Below are positions 9,841-18,588 of a DNA stretch of 64,000 bases, piece by piece (the first letter of the stretch is position 1; every line of letters begins with the position of its first letter). The position numbers were made by a program, and so were the translations under genes. Source of the DNA: a virus (taxonomy: Duplodnaviria; Heunggongvirae; Uroviricota; Caudoviricetes); IMG/VR virus record IMGVR_UViG_3300047480_000504. One strand, 5' to 3'. The notes beneath the pieces are model-generated. The model was not told where the DNA came from. It did no database searches and saw nothing but the letters and a program-made list of their open reading frames with translations.

Positions 9841-10241
9841 GCAAACAATTAAACGAAGGTATGGGAAGTGTCAACGTAGAAGAACAATATGATGTTAGCC
9901 GTATCCAACAGTTGGCTGGTATCGCCAATGCTTCTACCGTAGCAGGTACTCCTGTTGCTGAAGATATTAATGACAATATCAGTTCCGAAGAAGCACAACA
10001 GCTCGCTGGTCAATTGGAAACACTTGTTCATTCGCTAGGCACTACATTAGAAGATATTGAACACCTGATCCGTACCAAACTCCCAAGAGAATATCGCTCA
10101 ATGGAACATTATACATTGGCACACATTAAGGCCGCAGTAGGTGGACATGGTTATGCTGAAAACCGCATGTCAAAAAGCCTGTGGAGCCTGGTAGAGGATT
10201 TAATTGAATACGCTGAAGGCGGCGACGAAGATACGCTATGA
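9837..10241 (+). CDS. hypothetical protein
   Basis: ATGA overlap with the upstream gene. Confidence 0.45.
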   Translation: MSKQLNEGMGSVNVEEQYDVSRIQQLAGIANASTVAGTPVAEDINDNISSEEAQQLAGQLETLVHSLGTTLEDIEHLIRTKLPREYRSMEHYTLAHIKAAVGGHGYAENRMSKSLWSLVEDLIEYAEGGDEDTL

Positions 10242-10498
10242 AACAGTATCGTGTAACTGCTAGCATGTTTAATCCTAAAGGAAACAATCCTGGGGTTCCT
10301 GATGCGTATGTTGATCCTGCTGATTTAAAAGCCGCTGGAGTTTATACTACAGTTGCACAACCTGTTTCTGCACCAAGCCCGCAATTGCCTAACTTGGGCC
10401 GGTATCAAGCAGATCACAATGTGAAGCCGGGCACAGACGCTTGGTTTAAATTATGGTTCAGCCGCCCAACACTAACTGGGGAAAAGCCACATGAATGA
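10238..10498 (+). CDS. hypothetical protein
   Basis: ATGA overlap with the upstream gene. Confidence 0.4.
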   Translation: MKQYRVTASMFNPKGNNPGVPDAYVDPADLKAAGVYTTVAQPVSAPSPQLPNLGRYQADHNVKPGTDAWFKLWFSRPTLTGEKPHE

Positions 10499-10606
10499 CG
10501 AAGACTTAGAGCCGCTACAAGAACCTGTTCCTAGTCCAGATATCTATCCAGTGTATCCCCAAGATGACGGATACGATACACCTAAAAATCCTTACAGCCA
10601 ACACTG

Positions 10607-11245
10607 ATGTTAAAGTTGTGCGAAAATCAATTTGACCCAAATGGTTATTGGCATAAGCCCATTGCCAAATTGACCTTTATCCCAACAACAGAAGACATTG
10701 ACTTGTTTGATCAAAATGGCTACGATTTAACACACATCGAACAACACTATGCCAGTAGTAATGAAGCAGACTTTGCCGCTCATAGAAAGCATATAGTTGC
10801 ACTTAAAAAGCCTTGGTTTGTACAAGATAAGTCTTACATAGAAGGTGCTGTATTAAATCACAGTTTGCTATTTGAACGCAAGGCTTACGCCGGCCCAGCT
10901 CTTGAACAATTACAATACTGGTCGCAAAAACTTCCATTGCTACACAAAATTATTGCTATGCGTCCAAAGTGGGGACTAGACTTTTCTATGGACTATGCTG
11001 ATCGTGAAGGCAATGCACTTGAACTGTTACACTGGGAATGGGACAGTTTCAACTACGATGAAATACAAAACGTCAAGAGTCAAGTAGAACCTATACTACT
11101 AAACATAGATTGGGCAGACGCGGCACGGGGATTGCTTGCTCGTAAAAATGAATGGTTTGGACTTGATTTCTTTGCACAAAGCGATTGGAAGTGTAAATAC
11201 TTTGGTATAATTAAAGAACGTTTCAAAATGGTAATTTGGAACTAA
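10607..11245 (+). CDS. hypothetical protein
   Basis: TGATG overlap with a 38-aa ORF upstream. No motif recognised. Confidence 0.45.
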   Translation: MLKLCENQFDPNGYWHKPIAKLTFIPTTEDIDLFDQNGYDLTHIEQHYASSNEADFAAHRKHIVALKKPWFVQDKSYIEGAVLNHSLLFERKAYAGPALEQLQYWSQKLPLLHKIIAMRPKWGLDFSMDYADREGNALELLHWEWDSFNYDEIQNVKSQVEPILLNIDWADAARGLLARKNEWFGLDFFAQSDWKCKYFGIIKERFKMVIWN

Positions 11246-11293
11246 AGAACCCACCTTAATAGATGAATTTAAACCCACCTTGCTAAATAGCTG

Positions 11294-11911
11294 ATGTACT
11301 ACATTTACAAATATATTGATCCAAGGACAAATTTACCGTTCTACATAGGGAAAGGTAAAGACACTCGCAAGTACGATCACATTCGTACTAAACAATCAAG
11401 ACTTGAAAATCCCAGTAAAGCTAACATTATCAAAGACATATTAGAAGCAGGATTATCTCCTATCATTGAAGAAATCGAAAGCAACATTATTAACGAAAAT
11501 ATTGCGTATGAAAGAGAAGATCACTATATATTGCAGTATGGCAGGATTGGAATTGACGAAAACGGAATCTTAGCCAACAGAACATTACATGGCAAACCAC
11601 CTACACCAGTCTGGGATGATATACGTAAGAAAAAACATAGCGAATTTAATGCTGGTTATTGGACCGTTGAACAACGATTAAAACATAGCACTCACGCAAG
11701 CATAAACGCTGTTAAAGGTGGATTAGCATCCATTGGCACAGTTTCTGTAATTGACTTAAATAACAAAACGAAAAGAATTCCGAAAGAAGTTTACCTATTA
11801 GTTGATAGAAGTAAGCCAGTTACAGAGCAAGAATTTGTCTCAACTGCCTCTAAAGAAGGCAAGAGGAGACTTACCCTCCCCACCTTAGGGCCGTTTGACG
11901 TAAACGGTTGA
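11294..11911 (+). CDS. GIY-YIG homing endonuclease
   Basis: N-terminal YIYKYIDPRTNLPFYIGKGKDTRKYDH is a canonical GIY-YIG motif with the conserved Arg. The gene is free-standing between unrelated genes, typical of T4-like homing endonucleases. Confidence 0.7.
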   Translation: MYYIYKYIDPRTNLPFYIGKGKDTRKYDHIRTKQSRLENPSKANIIKDILEAGLSPIIEEIESNIINENIAYEREDHYILQYGRIGIDENGILANRTLHGKPPTPVWDDIRKKKHSEFNAGYWTVEQRLKHSTHASINAVKGGLASIGTVSVIDLNNKTKRIPKEVYLLVDRSKPVTEQEFVSTASKEGKRRLTLPTLGPFDVNG

Positions 11912-12042
11912 GTGATGAAGCGTAAGCTAGATTCACTAGGCGTCCGCGCAATTGAACTGCACCGCGTAGTGTGCGCCGTATAAAGTAAGCGGCACTAATA
12001 ATATTAGGCTACTCTTGCCTTTTTAGGTGCATAAATATTTGT

Positions 12043-12882
12043 ATGAAAATACACAATATACACGAATCCTGGTGCACAGAATATCACACTTCATACGACG
12101 AGTTTATGGACGAGTCTTCGTCAGTATGGCGAGATAGGCTTGTCAATCGAGGCTTGATTATTCTCAAAGGTTTTGGCCCCGACTTAACTGACAAACAGTT
12201 TCACAATATCGCTAGCAAGTTTGGTACATTATGGACTGTTGAAGATTACCGTCATGGTTCAGGTAAATTTGATGTTACATTAAACAAAGAAAACTTAGCT
12301 ACGCCTACTAGCTATTTTAAAACAACAAACAATCATTGGCGCGACACTGAGATGTTTTATCATGCAGATATGGCACACATTGGAGAAAAGAGTTTCCCAG
12401 CTCGATCTCTATACATGGTACGTACTGCAAATGACAACAGCGGTCAAACTGAATGGTTAAATTTAGAAGTTGCATACGATCAATTTACAGAAGAAGAACG
12501 TGCATATTACAGCGATGTTAAGATTTTCCAACACTTTATGTACGCACCTGGAACCGGCATTACTGAGTATCCATTCTTAAAAACTAATCCATACTCAGGA
12601 CGAGTTAGTCCTAGAATGAACTGCTACGGTAAGGGCAAGACTTGGATTCATCATGTCACAAAAGGTGGCGAGGAAGTTATCCAGTTCCGCGAGTTTATGG
12701 AAAAGATCTTTAGACTATGCAAAAGCAAGCCCAATTCATTATACAAGCATAAATGGGAAAATGGCGACATGTTGATTTACGATAACTGGAATAGTGTACA
12801 TCGCCGTGATGTTGTAACGTTTCAACCTGGTGAGCCAGATCGACTGTTAAAGCGACTATCTTTCAACATTTTTAAGGCTTGA
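12043..12882 (+). CDS. TauD/TfdA-like Fe(II)/2-oxoglutarate dioxygenase
   Basis: YHADMAH (HxD) followed by YDNWNSVHRRD (distal His/Arg) matches the facial-triad spacing of TauD-family enzymes. Confidence 0.45.
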   Translation: MKIHNIHESWCTEYHTSYDEFMDESSSVWRDRLVNRGLIILKGFGPDLTDKQFHNIASKFGTLWTVEDYRHGSGKFDVTLNKENLATPTSYFKTTNNHWRDTEMFYHADMAHIGEKSFPARSLYMVRTANDNSGQTEWLNLEVAYDQFTEEERAYYSDVKIFQHFMYAPGTGITEYPFLKTNPYSGRVSPRMNCYGKGKTWIHHVTKGGEEVIQFREFMEKIFRLCKSKPNSLYKHKWENGDMLIYDNWNSVHRRDVVTFQPGEPDRLLKRLSFNIFKA

Positions 12883-12907
12883 CAAGTGCCCAAAAAGGTG
12901 CTATACT
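12879..12907 (+). promoter_or_regulatory. sigma70-type promoter
   Basis: -35 TTGACA at 12879-12884, a 17-nt spacer, and -10 TATACT at 12902-12907. Confidence 0.55.
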
Positions 12908-12938
12908 ATGGCTATCAACGTAACACTCAAGGTTCAAA

Positions 12939-13328
12939 ATGAGTATGCATTTAGAAGGTCCATGGCTTAGTACCACTGGCAAGCGCAAGGGTAAGAAAAA
13001 GTTTGCATCTGCAGAGCAAGCAAGAAAAGCTCGTGAGCTAGATGCTGAATGGAAAGAGCTTCAAAAGCGTTGGGGTGTCGAAGCAGAAGATAAAAAGCGC
13101 AAACGTGCTCTTGCCGCAGAGCCTTATGTTGCCCCAAAACAAATGCACCGCGGAGCCAATGAGCCACGTATTCCAAGTTTGAATAGCGGACTTGGTGTTG
13201 CAACAGTCGCACCTCCTAAGGTATATACTGGTACAAAAGTAAAAGGTATTGCAACAATGCATAAATCAAATGCTGTTCCGGTATTCAGTGACGAACAAGC
13301 TGTTGATATTTCACGGATGCGTCGATAA
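12939..13328 (+). CDS. hypothetical basic protein
   Basis: Lys/Arg-rich (KRKGKKK, KKRKR). Possibly nucleic-acid binding. Confidence 0.4.
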   Translation: MSMHLEGPWLSTTGKRKGKKKFASAEQARKARELDAEWKELQKRWGVEAEDKKRKRALAAEPYVAPKQMHRGANEPRIPSLNSGLGVATVAPPKVYTGTKVKGIATMHKSNAVPVFSDEQAVDISRMRR

Positions 13329-13469
13329 TGCGTGACATGGTAATTCGTGAATGTCATCGTTTAGCAGAATTACTAGGCGAGGAACTTGATTCAAATTGGA
13401 ATAATATCAGTAATCGAGAGTTATTGATAATCTACGGTGATTTACGAATTGATTTAGAAACTGAGGAGT

Positions 13470-13763
13470 ATGACAATGAAGACTAAACTTGTAATTGGTA
13501 TTATTGCATTATTGGCATTAAGTGGTTGTGCCACTCGAACTGGAACTGCTATTGTAGCAGGTACTGCTGGTATGGTTATTGGTAATGCAATGGCCCAACC
13601 TAGAACGGTAGTTGTTTATGATGCTCCAGTTATTCATTATAATTGCACTCATTTTTATACTCGCAGTGAAAGAGTAGCATGCGAGCGTGGGGTGCGACAG
13701 CGTTATTATGAAGAACAACGCCGCAGAGATAATGATGCTTATAGACAAGGTTATGGCCGATAA
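13470..13763 (+). CDS. small lipoprotein
   Basis: Signal peptide plus lipobox LALSGC. ATGA overlap with a 50-aa upstream ORF (13328-13478). Confidence 0.5.
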   Translation: MTMKTKLVIGIIALLALSGCATRTGTAIVAGTAGMVIGNAMAQPRTVVVYDAPVIHYNCTHFYTRSERVACERGVRQRYYEEQRRRDNDAYRQGYGR

Positions 13764-13884
13764 TCATTGATTATCGATAATATAGGGCAATTTAATTGTA
13801 GCTAAAATACAACAAAAGTATACAAAAAATAGCTGGTTTTAGCCCAAAAAACCCAAAAATCTGGCTCAAAATGCTTAAAAACGG

Positions 13885-13913
13885 TTGACTTCTGGTCCAG
13901 ATCGCCGTATAAT
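13885..13913 (+). promoter_or_regulatory. sigma70-type promoter (perfect consensus)
   Basis: TTGACT at 13885-13890, a 17-nt spacer, and TATAAT at 13908-13913. The ATG at 13920 lies about 7 nt downstream, implying a leaderless or near-leaderless mRNA. Confidence 0.65.
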
Positions 13914-13919
13914 ACATAC

Positions 13920-14252
13920 ATGAACAGCAAAAACACTCCAACACAACGCAAGCGCCGTACAGATCGTAACCATGCAATTTACGAACTGTTTTGCGAAGTT
14001 ACTAGTGAAAGCTACATTGGTATCACTGTAGTTGATGGTACCGCATTGGGTTCTGTGCGTGGACGTTTTAACCGTCACCTGAGCCGTGCTAACACTGAAA
14101 GCAAGAACTGGAATCTGTGTACAGCACTTCGCGCATATGGCCGTGAAGGCTTCACTCCGTACTTGCTGGAAGTGGTGCGCGGCAAGACAGCGGCTCATGC
14201 TCGTGAACGTGAATTGATTGCAGAATTGCAACCAGCTCTTAACACACTGTAA
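13920..14252 (+). CDS. small GIY-YIG domain nuclease
   Basis: NHAIYELFCEVTSESYIGIT followed by GRFNRH matches a short GIY-YIG module (110 aa). Confidence 0.45.
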   Translation: MNSKNTPTQRKRRTDRNHAIYELFCEVTSESYIGITVVDGTALGSVRGRFNRHLSRANTESKNWNLCTALRAYGREGFTPYLLEVVRGKTAAHARERELIAELQPALNTL

Positions 14253-14400
14253 GGAAAACATTATGCAACGAGAAATTGGTTTTTGCGAAGGCTATCGTAT
14301 GATGCGCTCAGTAGGTGCAGATCAGCTGAGCTCGGTGTTTATGGCCTTTGTTTGGGTCATGCGGGGCGATAAAATCACAGTCGACGAATAAGGAGATACT

Positions 14401-14619
14401 ATGAGTCAAGATTATGCAATGTACACCGAAGCTGGCAATGATGCAGTTGATGCTATTGTCAGGACTGCTCGAATCCTCAAGCTAGACTGGCCCAAAGTTT
14501 ATAATGAACTTGCCAGCTTAGCCGAACGTTTCCCCGAAGATTTTGGTGAAGCAACTGACACCGCAGTTCGCGAATGTGTTTACGATGCTTGCGGCTTTAA
14601 CTCTCCCTTTTACATTTAA
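14401..14619 (+). CDS. hypothetical protein
   Basis: RBS AAGGAGATACTATG. Confidence 0.4.
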   Translation: MSQDYAMYTEAGNDAVDAIVRTARILKLDWPKVYNELASLAERFPEDFGEATDTAVRECVYDACGFNSPFYI

Positions 14620-14629
14620 GGCGTTGACA

Positions 14630-14803
14630 ATGAATCTTTTTAAAAAGATCAAAGACTTTTTCAATCAACCAGATCCAATGGATTTGATTGAAGAAAGATT
14701 CTATCAACGACTTGAGGATATGAAACAGCATCCAGAAAAGTATCAGCATATTCTCAAAAGAGATTCTAATGGATCAAAAATCCCGCCCGTGTCATTGTTT
14801 TGA
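14630..14803 (+). CDS. hypothetical small protein
   Basis: ATG at 14630 follows the upstream stop. The longer listed ORF (14543) would overlap the upstream gene by 77 nt. Confidence 0.35.
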   Translation: MNLFKKIKDFFNQPDPMDLIEERFYQRLEDMKQHPEKYQHILKRDSNGSKIPPVSLF

Positions 14804-14818
14804 AGGTTGAATAACAGC

Positions 14819-14980
14819 ATGATCCGCGAATACCGCGTTGTAAATGCCACGCATGATGCGTTCCATCAAATGGTCCAGGAGCTACTGGCAGATGGGTGGC
14901 AACCTCAGGGCGGAGTTGCCATTGTGCGTGAGTATTTGACTCAACCCACTACCTACTACTTTCAAGCATTTGTACGCTGA
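14819..14980 (+). CDS. small DUF1737-like protein (53 aa)
   Basis: MIREYRVVNATHDAFHQMVQELLADGWQPQGG resembles the YxVVxxxxxxxFxxxVxxxLxxGWQPxGG pattern of small phage proteins. It is below the ORF-track length cut-off. Confidence 0.3.
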   Translation: MIREYRVVNATHDAFHQMVQELLADGWQPQGGVAIVREYLTQPTTYYFQAFVR

Positions 14981-15046
14981 TTGTTGTAAAAATAACAATA
15001 GTACTGTCCAAAATTGTAAATGTTTGTAGACAATTGTTGTAAAAAT
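14980..15046. promoter_or_regulatory. direct-repeat operator-like element
   Basis: ATTGTTGTAAAAAT occurs at 14980-14993 and again at 15033-15046, with a partial copy at 15011-15022. Each contains TTGT...ACAA dyad symmetry. The element sits upstream of the LuxR-family gene. Confidence 0.4.
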
Positions 15047-15189
15047 TGTTACAATCAACTCAGTACTAAATTTTGTGCATGGGGCATCAAAGTTAGTACT
15101 AGCGGTTTATACTACTGAAGTGCTTGTTAGTACATGAGCAGGTCTAAATGTGTTATTGGCCGCGTTAAGTACTATTGGAGGGCACTTAA

Positions 15190-15879
15190 ATGAAACGGAC
15201 AATTTATTTTGACAGCACAAATAAACAATTTAGCGTAGATGCGTTAATTGCAATCGGGGAAGTCACCAATGGCTCAATCAACATTGTTGATTCTTGGCCG
15301 GGACTTATGAGTTTACTTTGTCAAGAGTTATGTATTGATACAGATTCTGCAAATGATATCATATTGGTAATTTTTGACAAAGATGCACTGCTATTCCCAG
15401 GTACTACTATAAATGAAATCGTTGATGCACTAACAACAATTTCCACTGTAGCAGGATCAAAAAAAGTTAGTGTAGGTATTTTAGTAAACGATAAATGTGA
15501 ACAAAAGTTCATTCAGGATTTAAAGAAAAGTAATATAAGCGGCATTGTTCCAAACTACAAGAGTTTCGGCAATGCCGATTTCTTTGACTCATTAAATGTA
15601 CTTCTATCGGGCGCAACACATTGGCCCGAGGAATATATTGTACCTAAAGTTAAAGTATCTACACGAGCCACAGTGGAATACGGTATTCGACTTACTAATC
15701 GTCAACGAGAAATTATGGCGTTAGTTTCGAATCGAGGACTAAGCAATAAAAAAATAGCTCAGATTTTAAACATCAGCGAAAGTACTGTAAAAGTACACAT
15801 CAGTTCTATTTTACGAGCATATGGAGTCCGCAACAGAACACAGTTGGCATTGTCAGGACAAAAAGGATTGCGAGCGTAG
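15190..15879 (+). CDS. LuxR/FixJ-family transcriptional regulator with atypical receiver-like N-domain (CsgD-like architecture)
   Basis: C-terminal LTNRQREIMALVSNRGLSNKKIAQILNISESTVKVHISSILRAYGVRNRTQ is a LuxR-type HTH. The 160-aa N-domain has no obvious phospho-acceptor context. Confidence 0.65.
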   Translation: MKRTIYFDSTNKQFSVDALIAIGEVTNGSINIVDSWPGLMSLLCQELCIDTDSANDIILVIFDKDALLFPGTTINEIVDALTTISTVAGSKKVSVGILVNDKCEQKFIQDLKKSNISGIVPNYKSFGNADFFDSLNVLLSGATHWPEEYIVPKVKVSTRATVEYGIRLTNRQREIMALVSNRGLSNKKIAQILNISESTVKVHISSILRAYGVRNRTQLALSGQKGLRA

Positions 15880-15896
15880 GCAACACTTTATCATTT

Positions 15897-15934
15897 ATAA
15901 CCTATAGTTGTAATGGCTATAGGTTATCTTTTGG
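15897..15934 (+). terminator. rho-independent terminator-like hairpin
   Basis: 11-bp perfect stem ATAACCTATAG / CTATAGGTTAT with a 9-nt loop, followed by CTTTTGG. Confidence 0.4.
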
Positions 15935-16093
15935 CCGTACTTTATACCACTGACGCACACTATACTACTTTTGCCGCGGGGCAATAGCCTGTTTTTCCTT
16001 TAACTAATTTTGTACAGCAACAGAAATCGAATCTGCTGTTGAACAATCCTAGGCGCTCATACAGCCTAGAATTTTACTTTAAAGGAAAATAAA

Positions 16094-16648
16094 ATGGCTG
16101 ATATGCTAACAACTGATCCCTTCTTCGCTTTGACAAACCAGGTAGCTGGTGTACGTGAAAAGGTTTCTGATTCAATTTTTGAAAACTACAAACTACAAGT
16201 CGCTCAAACAAACGACATTAACAATCGTGCTATGCAAGTTGCGCTACACGACTCTACAGAACTAGCAAACATCAAGCAAGAAATTGCCAACAGTACGCTA
16301 CAAACAATGTTGGCCGCGGCTCGTACAGATGCCGCAATCGGTGCCACAAGTGCCGCTCAACAACGTTTGATTATGGAACAAGCCGAAGCTACTCGTCGTT
16401 TAGTTGTAGACCTGAACACACAAAACTTGAACACAGCATTGATCAACACCAACACAGCATTGACTGGTTTGGGCGTTCAATTCGGTGGCTTGGGTCTTGC
16501 TTACGGTGGTGCAGTTTCTGCTTACCAAAGTGCTAACCAATTAAGCGCAGTAAACGCATTACAAAGCGCAATTTCTAGCCAGGGTCTAGTTAACACAGGT
16601 ACTATGACAGGTACTACACAAACTTCTACACCTACTAGCATCAATTAA
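16094..16648 (+). CDS. hypothetical Ala/Gln/Thr-rich protein
   Basis: RBS AAAGGAAAATAAAATG. Confidence 0.45.
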   Translation: MADMLTTDPFFALTNQVAGVREKVSDSIFENYKLQVAQTNDINNRAMQVALHDSTELANIKQEIANSTLQTMLAAARTDAAIGATSAAQQRLIMEQAEATRRLVVDLNTQNLNTALINTNTALTGLGVQFGGLGLAYGGAVSAYQSANQLSAVNALQSAISSQGLVNTGTMTGTTQTSTPTSIN

Positions 16649-16664
16649 TTAGGAGGATACTATT

Positions 16665-16880
16665 ATGTATAGATCCGGTATTGTTGGTCTGGGCTTTGGG
16701 GCACGAAGAGGTTACTTGGGCGCTGGCATTGGCTATCCATACGGCGTCCTAGGTGGCTACGGTTATCCCGGTTATGGCTATGGTTTTGGTTACGGTTATC
16801 CCGGCTACGGTTTGGGATTTGGTTATCCAGGTTATGGCTATGGTGGCTACTACGGTGGCATCTCAGGCGGCTTGTTATAA
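16665..16880 (+). CDS. Gly/Tyr-rich low-complexity protein
   Basis: RBS AGGAGGATACTATTATG. Two thirds of the protein is GYGYPGYGYGFGYGYPGYGLGFGYPGYGYGGYYGG. Confidence 0.45.
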   Translation: MYRSGIVGLGFGARRGYLGAGIGYPYGVLGGYGYPGYGYGFGYGYPGYGLGFGYPGYGYGGYYGGISGGLL

Positions 16881-16888
16881 AATGAGCT

Positions 16889-16921
16889 AATGGGTTGGCT
16901 CACAAGGTCAACCCATTTTTT
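16889..16921 (+). terminator. rho-independent terminator
   Basis: Stem AATGGGTTG / CAACCCATT with an 11-nt loop, followed by TTTTTT at 16916-16921. Confidence 0.55.
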
Positions 16922-16932
16922 AAGGAGTAAAA

Positions 16933-17112
16933 ATGTTTTCAGGTTATTATTATCCATACTATAGAAGTTTTGTTTATCCAATGCCAATGCCCATGCCATG
17001 GAGCTACAACACTAGCAATGTCATTGGCAGTGCTATCTCTAATCAAGACTTTGTAAACACAGGAACCGCCATTGGAGTAAACCAAATTTCAACTCCTACG
17101 GTTATATGGTGA
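16933..17112 (+). CDS. small Tyr/Pro/Met-rich protein (59 aa)
   Basis: RBS TAAGGAGTAAAAATG. Sequence YYYPYYRSFVYPMPMPMPW. It is just below the ORF-track cut-off. Confidence 0.3.
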   Translation: MFSGYYYPYYRSFVYPMPMPMPWSYNTSNVIGSAISNQDFVNTGTAIGVNQISTPTVIW

Positions 17113-17116
17113 TCAG

Positions 17117-17785
17117 ATGTACACAGTAACACATACTATCACAAAAGAACAATATGTTAATGGCAAGCTGGTTAAGCCGATGGCAAGCGAATCGTTGCCA
17201 ACAGTTGTCATTAACGAAAAAACTATGACGTTTCGCATGGACAATCGTACGCTATGGACACGTTATAGCTTAGGCATGATCAACTTTTCAGTTGCATTGT
17301 ACGGCAACATGGGCAGTGAAAATGTTTTAGAAAATTTAAAAAAAGCGGCGGCAGCATGTGGCAACTACTTTACACCATACTATGGTTTCAATGCCGCAAA
17401 AAAGATCAGCAGCCTGCTGGTTGTTATTGCAGTCAATGGCAGTAAAGTTGCCGAAGCACTAGAAGCCAACAGAGACATTGCGGCGTATGAAACTATTTGG
17501 GATAAGCAGATCAATGAACTTGCAACATATCTAAATGAACTCAATCCCAGTTACTGGCCAAAGGATACGCTTGACGAAATGTTTATCAACTTAACAGCAC
17601 TGTGGGTTGACGACTTTAGAGCCAGGTTAGACAAAGACTTTGTAGGCGATTCAATTGCACTTGATAATATTGTCAAGGTCGCTGTCTCAGGTATTCCCAA
17701 TCATATCAACAAAGGTTATACCAGTATTGCTGATACTATTAGCCGAGGCATCATTGCACAGTCACCATTGGAATTTGCGAACTAA
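17117..17785 (+). CDS. hypothetical protein
   Basis: ATGA-type overlap with the upstream mini-ORF. Confidence 0.45.
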   Translation: MYTVTHTITKEQYVNGKLVKPMASESLPTVVINEKTMTFRMDNRTLWTRYSLGMINFSVALYGNMGSENVLENLKKAAAACGNYFTPYYGFNAAKKISSLLVVIAVNGSKVAEALEANRDIAAYETIWDKQINELATYLNELNPSYWPKDTLDEMFINLTALWVDDFRARLDKDFVGDSIALDNIVKVAVSGIPNHINKGYTSIADTISRGIIAQSPLEFAN

Positions 17786-17789
17786 TATT

Positions 17790-18032
17790 ATGGCAGTAAT
17801 AAGCTCAAGCAAAGATGTAGAATTAACTGACTTAGAAACGCATGTTGCGTTATGTGCTCAGCGCCGTATAGCAACTGACTTGCGAATTGAACGATTAGAA
17901 AACAAACTTGCACTAGCAGATGAACGCAACGAACGTGTTCGTAATATTCTACTAGGCGGGTTTATTTCATTGGCTGCTGGTATTGCTGGTACAATATTTG
18001 CCGTACTATTAAAACACGGATTGCTATCATGA
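17790..18032 (+). CDS. small protein with C-terminal TM helix
   Basis: ATG at 17790, just after the upstream stop. Coiled-coil region followed by GGFISLAAGIAGTIFAVLL. Confidence 0.35.
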   Translation: MAVISSSKDVELTDLETHVALCAQRRIATDLRIERLENKLALADERNERVRNILLGGFISLAAGIAGTIFAVLLKHGLLS

Positions 18033-18580
18033 CTAATGAACAATTAGCAGAACAGCAACGTTTGTCAGAAATATTAAAGCTGGCTCGTATGCAACTTAAC
18101 GAAGAATACATGAAACAGCATTCCATTGCACACACTGCTTGGATCACTGGCGCACGAACAGCATGGACTACTACTGGTACATTGCTTCCATTCACTACTA
18201 AATTTGTCTATCCCACAGAAGAGGAAGTTGTTGCTCGTGGTGTTAAAATTTACAACAGATTAACACAAAAGCCTGTTGCACCTATTGCGGCACCAGCACC
18301 TGCAACTATACCAGTTATAACAGCAGAGCCAATTGATGTGGTTGAAACTGTTGAAGCTAAAGTAACAACTGAACTGTTACAAGCTGGTGGTGACTTTGTT
18401 ATTGCTGAAGTACCAGAAGAAACTGTACCTGTAGAAGAACCAAATGACGAAGTAACAGACGTAGTAGCAAAAGAAGATTTACCAGTTGAGGAAGAGCCGC
18501 AGCCATCGATAACTGATTCACTATTAGAAAACAAATTTAAAAGCCTGTTCACCAAGTGGGGCGGCAAGGGAACGTTTTAA
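18029..18580 (+). CDS. acidic Pro/Glu/Val/Ala-rich protein
   Basis: ATGA overlap with the upstream gene. Low-complexity acidic C-terminal half. Confidence 0.4.
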   Translation: MTNEQLAEQQRLSEILKLARMQLNEEYMKQHSIAHTAWITGARTAWTTTGTLLPFTTKFVYPTEEEVVARGVKIYNRLTQKPVAPIAAPAPATIPVITAEPIDVVETVEAKVTTELLQAGGDFVIAEVPEETVPVEEPNDEVTDVVAKEDLPVEEEPQPSITDSLLENKFKSLFTKWGGKGTF

Positions 18581-18588
18581 GGAACTAT

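Noticed and set aside
14543-14803. The long version of the ORF starting at 14543.
   Set aside because: It would overlap 14401-14619 by 77 nt in another frame. The in-frame ATG at 14630, immediately after the upstream stop, is the more plausible start.
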